From an uncultured Nitrososphaerota archaeon (lineage in GTDB: Archaea; Korarchaeota; Korarchaeia; Korarchaeales; Korarchaeaceae): a stretch of DNA of 32,000 bases. The stretch covers positions 32,887 through 64,886 of the forward strand of contig CAYZRF010000011.1 in assembly GCA_964480775.1 (NCBI GenBank), given 5' to 3'. The translations under genes and the position numbers were made by a program. Shown here one piece after another: positions 8,142 to 15,412 of this stretch (its first letter is position 1; every line of letters starts with the position of its first letter). Below the pieces are notes generated by a model. The model was not told the DNA's origin. It was given only the letters and a program-made list of their open reading frames with translations, and ran no database searches.

Positions 8142-8966
8142 ATGCTTCACTTACTGATCTCAGCAACCATTGCTGGGGCCCTTGCAGGTTCTCTGTGCGG
8201 TTGTACTGGCGTTTTATGCGATAGATTGGGATTAAGAACGGTTGCCTTTGCAGTTGCCCACGGAGCTTTGGCTGGAGCAGCACTAAGCTTTCTGGTCGGA
8301 ATGAACTCAATAGTCTTAGGATTGATCTTTGCCTTGTTCACCGCACTTGTCTTGGGTCCTTTAGCTGATGTATTTGAGATACCAATTGACATGGTTTCAA
8401 TGACGTTGTTCTCCATATACAATGCTTTGACGTTTATCTTCTTGATCCTTTCTCCAGGGATAGTCTTGGCAGCTGAGAAAGTTAGTCAGGTCCTTTGGGG
8501 GAGTGTGCTTGCTGTTACATTGGACTATCTCATAATACTTTCCACAATAGCCGTTTTATATGCTCTATTTCTCGTAATCTTTTGGCACAGGATAGCTCCA
8601 ATTCTATTTGACAGAAGGTTGGCAGAAGCAGAGGGAATAAAGGTTAGAGTATATAGCTACGTGCTCATAGCTTTTACTGGCCTAGTGGTTGTATTCACAC
8701 TACGCATTACGGGGGGATTCCTTGTCTTCTCCTTAATCTATATACCAGCCTCCAGCGCATTACAGCTTTCAGAGAATATGAAGAGGATATTGGCCTTTTC
8801 AGGCTTGCTTGGTCTTATATCAGCTGTTGCAGGAGTCTACTTCAGCTTCCTTGTAGATCTTCCAGTGGGATCAAGCATCGTTATATGTGCCGCCTTTATC
8901 CTATTAGCTGCAAGCGTTGCCGGGTACTTCCGTAGAAGATCCCTAATGAGGATAATAAGCCAGTAA
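8142..8966 (+). CDS. Metal ABC transporter permease (ABC-3 / ZnuB-like)
   Basis: 274 aa and highly hydrophobic, with about 8 predicted helices. It starts 3 nt after the ATPase stop, in the position and with the size typical of ZnuB/TroC-type permeases. Confidence 0.85.
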   Translation: MLHLLISATIAGALAGSLCGCTGVLCDRLGLRTVAFAVAHGALAGAALSFLVGMNSIVLGLIFALFTALVLGPLADVFEIPIDMVSMTLFSIYNALTFIFLILSPGIVLAAEKVSQVLWGSVLAVTLDYLIILSTIAVLYALFLVIFWHRIAPILFDRRLAEAEGIKVRVYSYVLIAFTGLVVVFTLRITGGFLVFSLIYIPASSALQLSENMKRILAFSGLLGLISAVAGVYFSFLVDLPVGSSIVICAAFILLAASVAGYFRRRSLMRIISQ

Positions 8967-9085
8967 GAATTGATCAAAAGATTTCTTATGTAGCATAGAA
9001 GTTTAAGGATGTTTTTAAAGGAGTTATTTATATCGTCGAGTGAATAGTTTTCTAATCCTGGTTGGAACCCTTGAGGTGTCATCAA

Positions 9086-9820
9086 ATGGATGCAATAAAA
9101 GCCAGAGGACTAACGAAGGTGTTCGGGGACCTAGTAGCTGTCGACCACATAGACCTCAATATATCAAGTGGCGTGGTCTACGGTTTATTGGGTCCAAACG
9201 GAGCTGGAAAGACAACAACCTTTAGGATGATATACGGGGTTCTGAAACCAACGGAGGGAAAGGTCTGGGTTTACGGTCACGACGTGTCGAATGAGCCCGT
9301 GAAGGCAAAGAACCTGATGGGAGTTCTCCCAGAGGACACAGGGATATATCCAAGACTAACTGCGGAGGAGAACCTGATATACTTCGGAAAGTTGCATGGC
9401 ATGCCCGAAGCAGAACTAAAGAGGAAGATAGAAGAGTATCTTTCGATCTTAGAGCTGGAGGAGAAGAGAGACTTCATAGCTGAAAAGCTGAGCAAAGGCC
9501 AAAGGAAGAAAGTCGCCTTCATAAGGGCAATACTGCATGACCCTCCCATTTTGCTCTTAGATGAGCCAACCAGCGGCGTAGATGTTATTAGCGCCAGAGA
9601 GATAAGGGATATGATAAAGGATTACGCAAAGAAGGGTAATACGGTTGTTCTTGCCTCTCATAATATGCTTGAAGTCGAACAGCTTTGTGACGTCGTTTCG
9701 ATTATGCATAAGGGAAGGATAATACACACAGGAACGATAGAGGAGATCAAGAGGTTGGAGGGCGTCAAGGAACTGGAAGATGTGTTTTTGAGGCTTGTTA
9801 GGGCAGAGGTGGTGGAGTGA
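9086..9820 (+). CDS. ABC-2 type transporter ATP-binding protein (NatA-like)
   Basis: Start trimmed to the ATG at 9086 (MDAIKARGLTKVFG...), with a GAGGTG Shine-Dalgarno sequence at 9073-9078. Walker A GPNGAGKTT, signature LSKGQRKKV and Walker B ILLLDEPTSGVD are present. Confidence 0.9.
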   Translation: MDAIKARGLTKVFGDLVAVDHIDLNISSGVVYGLLGPNGAGKTTTFRMIYGVLKPTEGKVWVYGHDVSNEPVKAKNLMGVLPEDTGIYPRLTAEENLIYFGKLHGMPEAELKRKIEEYLSILELEEKRDFIAEKLSKGQRKKVAFIRAILHDPPILLLDEPTSGVDVISAREIRDMIKDYAKKGNTVVLASHNMLEVEQLCDVVSIMHKGRIIHTGTIEEIKRLEGVKELEDVFLRLVRAEVVE

Positions 9821-11133
9821 TGTTTTGGAGGAGAAAGGGTTCTTCAGGAAGAGTAAGGTTAACAAAGGGCTTGGGTTCGATAGGCTACGGGATTGGCAAC
9901 AAGATCCTGCTCGTCACTTGGAAAGAACTTACCGAGGCTCTCAGGGATAGGAGAACCATAATCAATGTGATATTACTTCCTATGATCTTAATGCCGATAT
10001 CAATGGCTCTACCACTCATCTTAATGGCTCCAGGAGGTGCAGTGCAACCAATAACTGTCATAGTCGTCAAGGACATGCCATCGATGAACCTTATAGAGGA
10101 AAAAGTCCTTCCAGTAGCGAACATAAACGCAACAATTGTATATTCGGAAATTAACGCAACAAAGTGGATCCTAGACAACAAAGCAGACCTCGTGGTTGTG
10201 ATCCCAAAGGGGTTCTACTCAAACCTCAGTTCAAGCGGCTCAGCAGTCGCCTTCATCTTCTATGACCCGTTTAGCATGAAGTCTGAAATGGCCATGACCC
10301 AACTACAGCTTGCTTTTAATGAACTGTCAAGGGAGGAGATAGAGAGGAGGCTAAAGGCAGTAAATCTGACTCCAGAGTTCGCAAGACCAATTGAGATAGT
10401 TGGAAGAGAGGTCTCGAAGGTAGAGGCAACACCAGCAACCGTAATAGGGGCAATGATCTTGCCAATGATGGTTGGGGTCCTGGCCGTAACCGGTGCTGGA
10501 ACATTTGCCCTTGACATGATAGCAGGTGAAAGGGAGAGAAAGACGATAGAGGCACTCCTTACAGCGCCAATAACGAAGTTGAAGCTTTTGATAGGTAAGT
10601 ATGTGGCCATGCTCCTTCTCTCCATATTAAGTGGGATTTCCATGCTTATCTCCTTCTTGTTAGCCTCGCTCCTCATGGTGAATTATGCAATTGCCCCCTC
10701 TATGCCCTCAACAATGCCCACTCAAGAAATGATGAGCTTCTCTTTTTCCTTAATGCCTCAAGGGATTAATCCCTTGATATTCTTGCTAAGCCTTTCGTTT
10801 GCCATCGTTCTGGCTGGGCTTACTGGAGACGCACTAATAGTTGTGGGATCCTCATTTGCCAAGAGCTTCAAGGAAGCGCAGCAGTACACAGGATTGGTAA
10901 CTGCTGGATTCATAATCCCGCTTATATCTGTGATCTACCTTCCTCCAAGACTCTTCTGGCCCTTCAGACTGATGCCGATAACAAGCATAGCCCTGTTGGT
11001 AAGGGACGTTATGGTAAATCCTGGAGACAAGGCGGCTATAATGACATCATCGCTGGCCTCGGTGGTATATCTTGTTGTGTTTCTCCTGATAAGCGCCAAA
11101 CTCTTTGGCAGGGAAGCAGTGGTCTTCGACTAA
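9820..11133 (+). CDS. ABC-2 family permease (NatB-like)
   Basis: The ATG at 9820 overlaps the TGA of the ATPase (TGATG). It has an N-terminal TM helix, a large extracytoplasmic loop with N-x-S/T sites, and then a cluster of 5 TM helices, as in NatB/ABC-2 permeases. Confidence 0.8.
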   Translation: MFWRRKGSSGRVRLTKGLGSIGYGIGNKILLVTWKELTEALRDRRTIINVILLPMILMPISMALPLILMAPGGAVQPITVIVVKDMPSMNLIEEKVLPVANINATIVYSEINATKWILDNKADLVVVIPKGFYSNLSSSGSAVAFIFYDPFSMKSEMAMTQLQLAFNELSREEIERRLKAVNLTPEFARPIEIVGREVSKVEATPATVIGAMILPMMVGVLAVTGAGTFALDMIAGERERKTIEALLTAPITKLKLLIGKYVAMLLLSILSGISMLISFLLASLLMVNYAIAPSMPSTMPTQEMMSFSFSLMPQGINPLIFLLSLSFAIVLAGLTGDALIVVGSSFAKSFKEAQQYTGLVTAGFIIPLISVIYLPPRLFWPFRLMPITSIALLVRDVMVNPGDKAAIMTSSLASVVYLVVFLLISAKLFGREAVVFD

Positions 11134-11168
11134 AGAATTATTATGTTGCCATGCGATGCTCCTAAGAG

Positions 11169-12347
11169 ATGTGTCCATTGAACATAGTAATCGTCGGATC
11201 TGGCATAGGAGGGGCTGCTGCGGCTTGGGACGCAGTTAGATTCATCCCAGATGTAAAAGTAAAGCTGATAGGGGACGAAGACATCTACATGAGGCACAAG
11301 ATAAGGTACGTAGCCCACGGACTTGACATTTCATTTGATACAAGCCACCTAGAGTCCAACGGTGTCGAGATAATAAAGGACAGAGCTGTAAAAATAGATA
11401 GAAACGGTAAGAATTTAGTAACTGAAAGATCTGGCGAGATATCCTATGATTACCTGATACTTGCAACCGGAGCCGAGCCGTCTAAGCCAAGAGTTCCTGG
11501 AGCCGAGTTCACTAGGGGCTTTAGAAGGAAGGAGGACGTAGAATATTTGGCAAGGGAAAAGCCTCAAGAAGTGGCTATAATTGGAGCCAGCTACGTTGCT
11601 CTGCATGCAGCACAAACATGCAAGGACTTGGGCTTAGTTCCTCACATAATAGTGAGGTCGAGGTTGATCAGAAAGTCCTTGGAGCCAGAGTTGTCAGAGG
11701 AGCTTGAGAGGAGGCTCAAAGAGAGAGGAGTCCAGTTCGTTCACGGAAAGCTTCAGAAAGTGGAAGAAGATGGTCCAGTGGTGGATGAAAGAAAGGTAAA
11801 GGCAGACCTCATCATATCAGCCATAGGAGTCAAGCCAAATTCAGAACTAGCGAAGGAAGCGGGCTTAGAGCTTTGGTGGGATAACGTGAAGGTAGATCAA
11901 CAGGGCAGGACTTCTGATTCCAAAATATTTGCAATCGGCGACGTGAGCAACTGTTATGATCCTATAACTAAGAAGATCGACTACTTCGGATTGGGTACCA
12001 TAGCAACTATCATGGCTTACAACAGTATTAACGCGATAAAAGGTTCTAAAGGAGCCCTGAGAACTCCGAGATATCAAAAAGACGTTTTCTTTAAAGAGAT
12101 TTTCGTGAAATCAATAGGGTTTACCTCTCCAGAAGCTGAGAAGGCTGGATTTACCCCTGAGAGGAAGGAACTTAGGAGAGAAGGCGATGAAGAGATTGCA
12201 TACATAGTTTACGACAAACCCACTGGAAGAGTAATCGGTTACTCATCTCTTTCGAAAAGAGATTCTGGTTACAAAGATCTTTTGATCCTTAAAGCCGTCC
12301 TCAGAGGTATGAAGATACAGGAAGTGCTGGAATTTATTCAGAGCTGA
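11169..12347 (+). CDS. FAD-dependent pyridine nucleotide-disulfide oxidoreductase family protein (CoADR/NADH-oxidase-like, atypical)
   Basis: It has an N-terminal FAD Rossmann motif (IVIVGSGIGGAAAA), an ATGAEP block and a late FAIGDV FAD motif. The redox-active Cys position and the second GxGxxG motif are not conserved (see finding). Confidence 0.8.
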   Translation: MCPLNIVIVGSGIGGAAAAWDAVRFIPDVKVKLIGDEDIYMRHKIRYVAHGLDISFDTSHLESNGVEIIKDRAVKIDRNGKNLVTERSGEISYDYLILATGAEPSKPRVPGAEFTRGFRRKEDVEYLAREKPQEVAIIGASYVALHAAQTCKDLGLVPHIIVRSRLIRKSLEPELSEELERRLKERGVQFVHGKLQKVEEDGPVVDERKVKADLIISAIGVKPNSELAKEAGLELWWDNVKVDQQGRTSDSKIFAIGDVSNCYDPITKKIDYFGLGTIATIMAYNSINAIKGSKGALRTPRYQKDVFFKEIFVKSIGFTSPEAEKAGFTPERKELRREGDEEIAYIVYDKPTGRVIGYSSLSKRDSGYKDLLILKAVLRGMKIQEVLEFIQS

Positions 12348-12829
12348 ACAGAATTATCTAAGAGACCCACCTCTTTAGCCCTCTTTATTGCACCTGTTAC
12401 CATCTCGTATACCCCAAGAAGGGTCTCTCCCCTATCTTCCAACTCTTTTAGCTCATCTAGACTCATCCAACACCAATCATCGTGCTCCTCTGGAGTCAAA
12501 ACTGGCTCTCCCTCTGCCTTAGAGACGTATAAGGGTATAACGAACTGAACAGAGGACCTTCTATTTCCGTAGGTGTAGGAATAAGTGTCCACCGAAATCA
12601 TGTTCTTGGGTTCTATTAAAAAGCCAGTTTCTTCCCTCAATTCCCTACAAGCAGCGTGTCTCGGGTTCTCTCCGAATCTAAGCCTTCCTCCAGGAAGTTC
12701 CCACTTGCCTGGATACCTCTTCTTAAAACCCCTTCTAAGGACTAGTACCTTACCTTGCCCATTCAGGATAACGACGCAGGGCACAACCATAACCCTAGAT
12801 CTCGTACGACCTGTACGTCTTTCCCTCAT
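12338..12829 (-). CDS. Nudix hydrolase
   Basis: The Nudix box GGRLRFGENPRHAACRELREETG fits Gx5Ex7REUxEExGU. The ATG at 12829 overlaps the upstream stop codon (ATGA). An alternative ATG at 12790 (MVVPCVVILNGQG) is possible. Confidence 0.9.
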   Translation of the reverse strand: MRERRTGRTRSRVMVVPCVVILNGQGKVLVLRRGFKKRYPGKWELPGGRLRFGENPRHAACRELREETGFLIEPKNMISVDTYSYTYGNRRSSVQFVIPLYVSKAEGEPVLTPEEHDDWCWMSLDELKELEDRGETLLGVYEMVTGAIKRAKEVGLLDNSVQL

Positions 12830-13242
12830 AGTATGGAGCGCCTCTCCTCAGGAGGTTTAGCGTAGATAAGCTCGATAACCATGGGACCGCCACAAGCGGG
12901 ACAAGGATCGTCCCACTTCTTTCCGACGTATTCTCCCTCTTTAAACTCTCTTTCTGACTTAAACTTGCATTTCAAGCACTTAACAAGGGTCATGTACCTC
13001 CATCTAGGCCCCTTTATCCCTCTAACAGCCTTAATGACGTCAAGGGTCATCTTAATCGCTATTCCTATGCCAGTCATCCCAGCTATCACCTTGAAAAGTG
13101 AGTTAGTGTCGCTTATTTGACCGCTCCTAACCTCGTGCCAGATCATCCAGATTGAGAATAGGGCTAGGAAGCCTATCATAGTGAACCAAACGAGATACCA
13201 GCCTATGCTTATCTTTACTTCCTCTTCCTTCTTAGCTTGCAA
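12826..13242 (-). CDS. Membrane protein with a C-terminal zinc ribbon; function unknown
   Basis: 138 aa. It has a TM helix (WYLVWFTMIGFLALFSIWMIW), a second hydrophobic segment, and then CLKC-x24-CPAC. The start is a TTG at 13242, preceded by GGAGGT located inside the 3' end of the upstream gene, which it overlaps by 11 nt. Confidence 0.55.
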   Translation of the reverse strand: MQAKKEEEVKISIGWYLVWFTMIGFLALFSIWMIWHEVRSGQISDTNSLFKVIAGMTGIGIAIKMTLDVIKAVRGIKGPRWRYMTLVKCLKCKFKSEREFKEGEYVGKKWDDPCPACGGPMVIELIYAKPPEERRSIL

Positions 13243-14389
13243 CTCCAGTGACCTCCAGCCTATTACCTATACCAGCGGAGTTACCCACGCCCACCACTAT
13301 GACGTAGTCTCCCTCAGAAGTCCTGCTTATGATCGCCTCCTTGACTCTTTCAATCACATCGTTGACTTTCCCAGCGATCTCTTTGGTCATCGCAGCTATG
13401 GCCTCAGCGTAATCCTCCTTGATTACTATGGCGTCTAGGGGAATTCCATACTTAGTTGCAACCTCCTCTATCTTCCACCTCTCCACACCGACTCCTCCTA
13501 TAGCAGCTCCCACTCCTTCCGCAATTTCTCCCGTTTTCTCGCCCTCAAGCTTAAGGGCTGCATCTATCATCACTATCCTGCTGATATTTCCTGCCCTAGA
13601 TTCTATAATCCTCTTTAAAGCCTCTCCCGGCCTTCCTACTTCTCCTCCAGGCCCCTTTGCTTTTATGACTAGGACACGCCTGCCCTCTATATCTAGCTCG
13701 GCTCCAACGACGTTCTCGCCGAAATCAATTAGTTTGGAATCTCCTATCATCTTGAGAGCAACAAGCGGTCCAATTCCGTCGCCCAAAGGCAGCCCCAACT
13801 TAGAGGCTTCGACCGACATTCTCCAAGCTCTGGCCATTCTCATTATTTCTGGAAGCAACATCTGTATCTGGGCTATGTATATCATGTTCTGGGTCTTCTT
13901 TCCGAGAACGAAATAGTGCCTAACTATCCTAAATATGAAATCTAAAGCTATAGTACTCTCCAAAAGATCTCTCAGGTTGGCAAGGGCAACCTCATCCGAT
14001 GAGGGCGCGACTTCTTTTATGAAGAAGTTAAGCCTGTCCTCCCTGTTCCTCACAATGTGATCTAGCTTCACCATTGCGCCCGCTGGATCAGTTATCTCGG
14101 GCCCTATTGTGAAGAAGCCTATAAAACGTCGTAGAGCTTTCTTAATCTTTTCTTTTTCCTTTCCGTACTTAGAAGCAGTTTCAACGAACTCTCTCTCGGC
14201 TTCAAGCTTAAACCTGTTTAACTGGTCAAGCGCCCTACCAATCTGGCCCATCCAAAACTGTATCTGCAATCTACTTGCGTAGAAGTTCATAATAACCATA
14301 AATACAAGGAATACCATCCATGAAAGCCAGTCATCCTTGCTCTGTTGCAACATAGCTAACATACTCATCACAGCTGAGAAATCAACCAT
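13232..14389 (-). CDS. Conserved archaeal membrane-anchored protein, DUF1512-like; function unknown
   Basis: 385 aa with an N-terminal TM helix (WLSWMVFLVFMVIMNFYA), a helical middle region and a Gly-rich alpha/beta C-terminal region (GDGIGP, GPGGEVGRPGEA, GVGAAIGGVG, VVGVGNSAGIG). Size and architecture match my recollection of the archaea-only DUF1512 family, but this was not verified by a search. A TATA-like TTATTTAAAA on the minus strand lies about 35-40 nt upstream. Confidence 0.6.
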   Translation of the reverse strand: MVDFSAVMSMLAMLQQSKDDWLSWMVFLVFMVIMNFYASRLQIQFWMGQIGRALDQLNRFKLEAEREFVETASKYGKEKEKIKKALRRFIGFFTIGPEITDPAGAMVKLDHIVRNREDRLNFFIKEVAPSSDEVALANLRDLLESTIALDFIFRIVRHYFVLGKKTQNMIYIAQIQMLLPEIMRMARAWRMSVEASKLGLPLGDGIGPLVALKMIGDSKLIDFGENVVGAELDIEGRRVLVIKAKGPGGEVGRPGEALKRIIESRAGNISRIVMIDAALKLEGEKTGEIAEGVGAAIGGVGVERWKIEEVATKYGIPLDAIVIKEDYAEAIAAMTKEIAGKVNDVIERVKEAIISRTSEGDYVIVVGVGNSAGIGNRLEVTGVAS

Positions 14390-14649
14390 CTTCCCTAAGC
14401 CACCTTAACAGGCTTTTAAATAACTCGGTTGATCTTACTACAACTAAGAAAGCAAATTTTCTCCTTATAAAATGTTTCATGAAGATCCATAACACAACAT
14501 AATGGCTCTATTCACATACGCGCAAAATTGAGAATTATGATTCCTAATTTTACTGATGAGCTCAAAATTTTCCCGTTTCTCTGATCGGGAAATTTGCCTA
14601 TAGCGCACTTATTACAAATAATTCTGAGAGATTTTAGTGAAGATTCTTG

Positions 14650-14654
14650 AAAAA
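14650..14654 (-). terminator. Oligo-T (TTTTT) tract immediately downstream of tRNA-Lys
   Basis: After the tRNA 3' end the minus strand reads ...GCACTCAC-TTTTT-CAAG. Oligo-T tracts are the usual archaeal termination signal. Confidence 0.4.
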
Positions 14655-14661
14655 GTGAGTG

Positions 14662-14754
14662 CGGGCCCGGCGGGATTCGAACCCGCGACTTCCGGGTGTC
14701 TTCGCGCTTTTTTACTTAAAAGCCCGGCGCTCTACCATGCTGAGCTACGGGCCC
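14662..14754 (-). tRNA. tRNA-Lys (anticodon UUU) with a 19-nt canonical intron (14698-14716); CCA not encoded
   Basis: Minus-strand layout:
- Acceptor stem: GGGCCCG / CGGGCCC.
- D arm: GCTC-AGCATGGT-AGAGC.
- Anticodon stem and loop: CCGGG / CCCGG with loop CUUUUAA.
- T arm: GCGGG-TTCGAATC-CCCGC.
- Discriminator: G.
There are 26 nt between the anticodon-stem halves, i.e. a 7-nt loop plus the 19-nt intron AGUAAAAAAGCGCGAAGAC at position 37/38. A bulge-helix-bulge can be drawn: CUUU pairs with GAAG, flanked by the 3-nt bulges UAA and ACA. Confidence 0.9.
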
Positions 14755-14888
14755 ATCAACTTCTATGCATGGCAGTACATAAATTTTGGCGTTTTTGATA
14801 ACAACAAGGTGCGCTCATTTGATTGTTATGTAAATCCTTTTTAATAATGAAATTATCCAAGCATGATTCAAACTATTGGGAGATTAAA

Positions 14889-15398
14889 ATGCAGAGACGA
14901 CGAGGTATAGGAGACAAGGAGATTAAAGTTTTGAGAATGTTAGTGGAGGACGGTAGGATAACTTATACTGGCATAGCGAAGAAATTAGGAATGAGTCCAG
15001 CAGGAGTGATGAAAAAAGTCCGAAAACTAGAGGAATTTGGGATTATCAAGGGATACACAGCGATTGTAGACCATGCCAAACTCAGAAAACCCTATAAATA
15101 CATCATTATGGTGAAGACAGAGCCCGGAAAACACCTTGATGTCGCTAAATCTATTCTAAAGAGCATGAGAGAGAGCGTTTTAGAGGTACACACGATAACA
15201 GGGCCCTATGACGTCATAATAAAGCTTCTTGCAGGTAACAGTGAAGAACTAAATGAACTTCTAAAGAAGCTTCATGGAATTGATGGTGTGAGGGAGACAA
15301 ATACCTCTCTAATACTGGAAACAATCGAAGAGAGACCTTCTGTAGTACCAGAGGACGTTAAACTTCCAATTCTAACAAGAGAATCCAAGGAAGAATAG
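14889..15398 (+). CDS. Lrp/AsnC family transcriptional regulator
   Basis: Start trimmed to the ATG at 14889 (MQRRRGIGDKEIKVLRMLVEDGRITYTGIAKKLGMSPAGVMKKVRKLEEFGIIKGY). This is an HTH_AsnC-type N-domain followed by a RAM/AsnC_trans_reg-type C-domain (ITGPYDVIIKL). A ~20-aa acidic C-terminal tail is extra. Confidence 0.85.
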   Translation: MQRRRGIGDKEIKVLRMLVEDGRITYTGIAKKLGMSPAGVMKKVRKLEEFGIIKGYTAIVDHAKLRKPYKYIIMVKTEPGKHLDVAKSILKSMRESVLEVHTITGPYDVIIKLLAGNSEELNELLKKLHGIDGVRETNTSLILETIEERPSVVPEDVKLPILTRESKEE

Positions 15399-15412
15399 GG
15401 ATTTTACGTTTT

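Noticed and set aside
9062-9085. N-terminal extensions created by the track's longest-ORF rule at TTG/GTG codons. Affected ORF-track starts: 6119, 9062, 14823, 16384, 17475, 19035, 25403, 27614 and 29893.
   Set aside because: In each case a downstream ATG or GTG fits better. It gives a family-typical N-terminus, a Shine-Dalgarno-like GGTG/GAGG or a TATA box at the right distance, and removes an overlap with the neighbouring gene.
14554-14627. TGATGA ... CTGA ... CTGA boxes on the + strand as a second C/D-box sRNA
   Set aside because: The box spacings are 21 nt and 39 nt rather than about 12 nt. There is no C'-like box and no terminal stem. I kept it only as part of the long-intergenic-region observation.
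14659-14844. 61-aa + strand ORF (MRARRDSNPRLPG...)
   Set aside because: It is the antisense reading of the tRNA-Lys gene. DSNPR-type peptides are the classic artefact of translating a T-arm.
14390-14888. tRNA-Lys flanks as a possible integration site of a mobile element
   Set aside because: No integrase, no direct repeat of the tRNA 3' half and no phage or plasmid-like genes occur on either side. The flanking genes are conserved housekeeping types.
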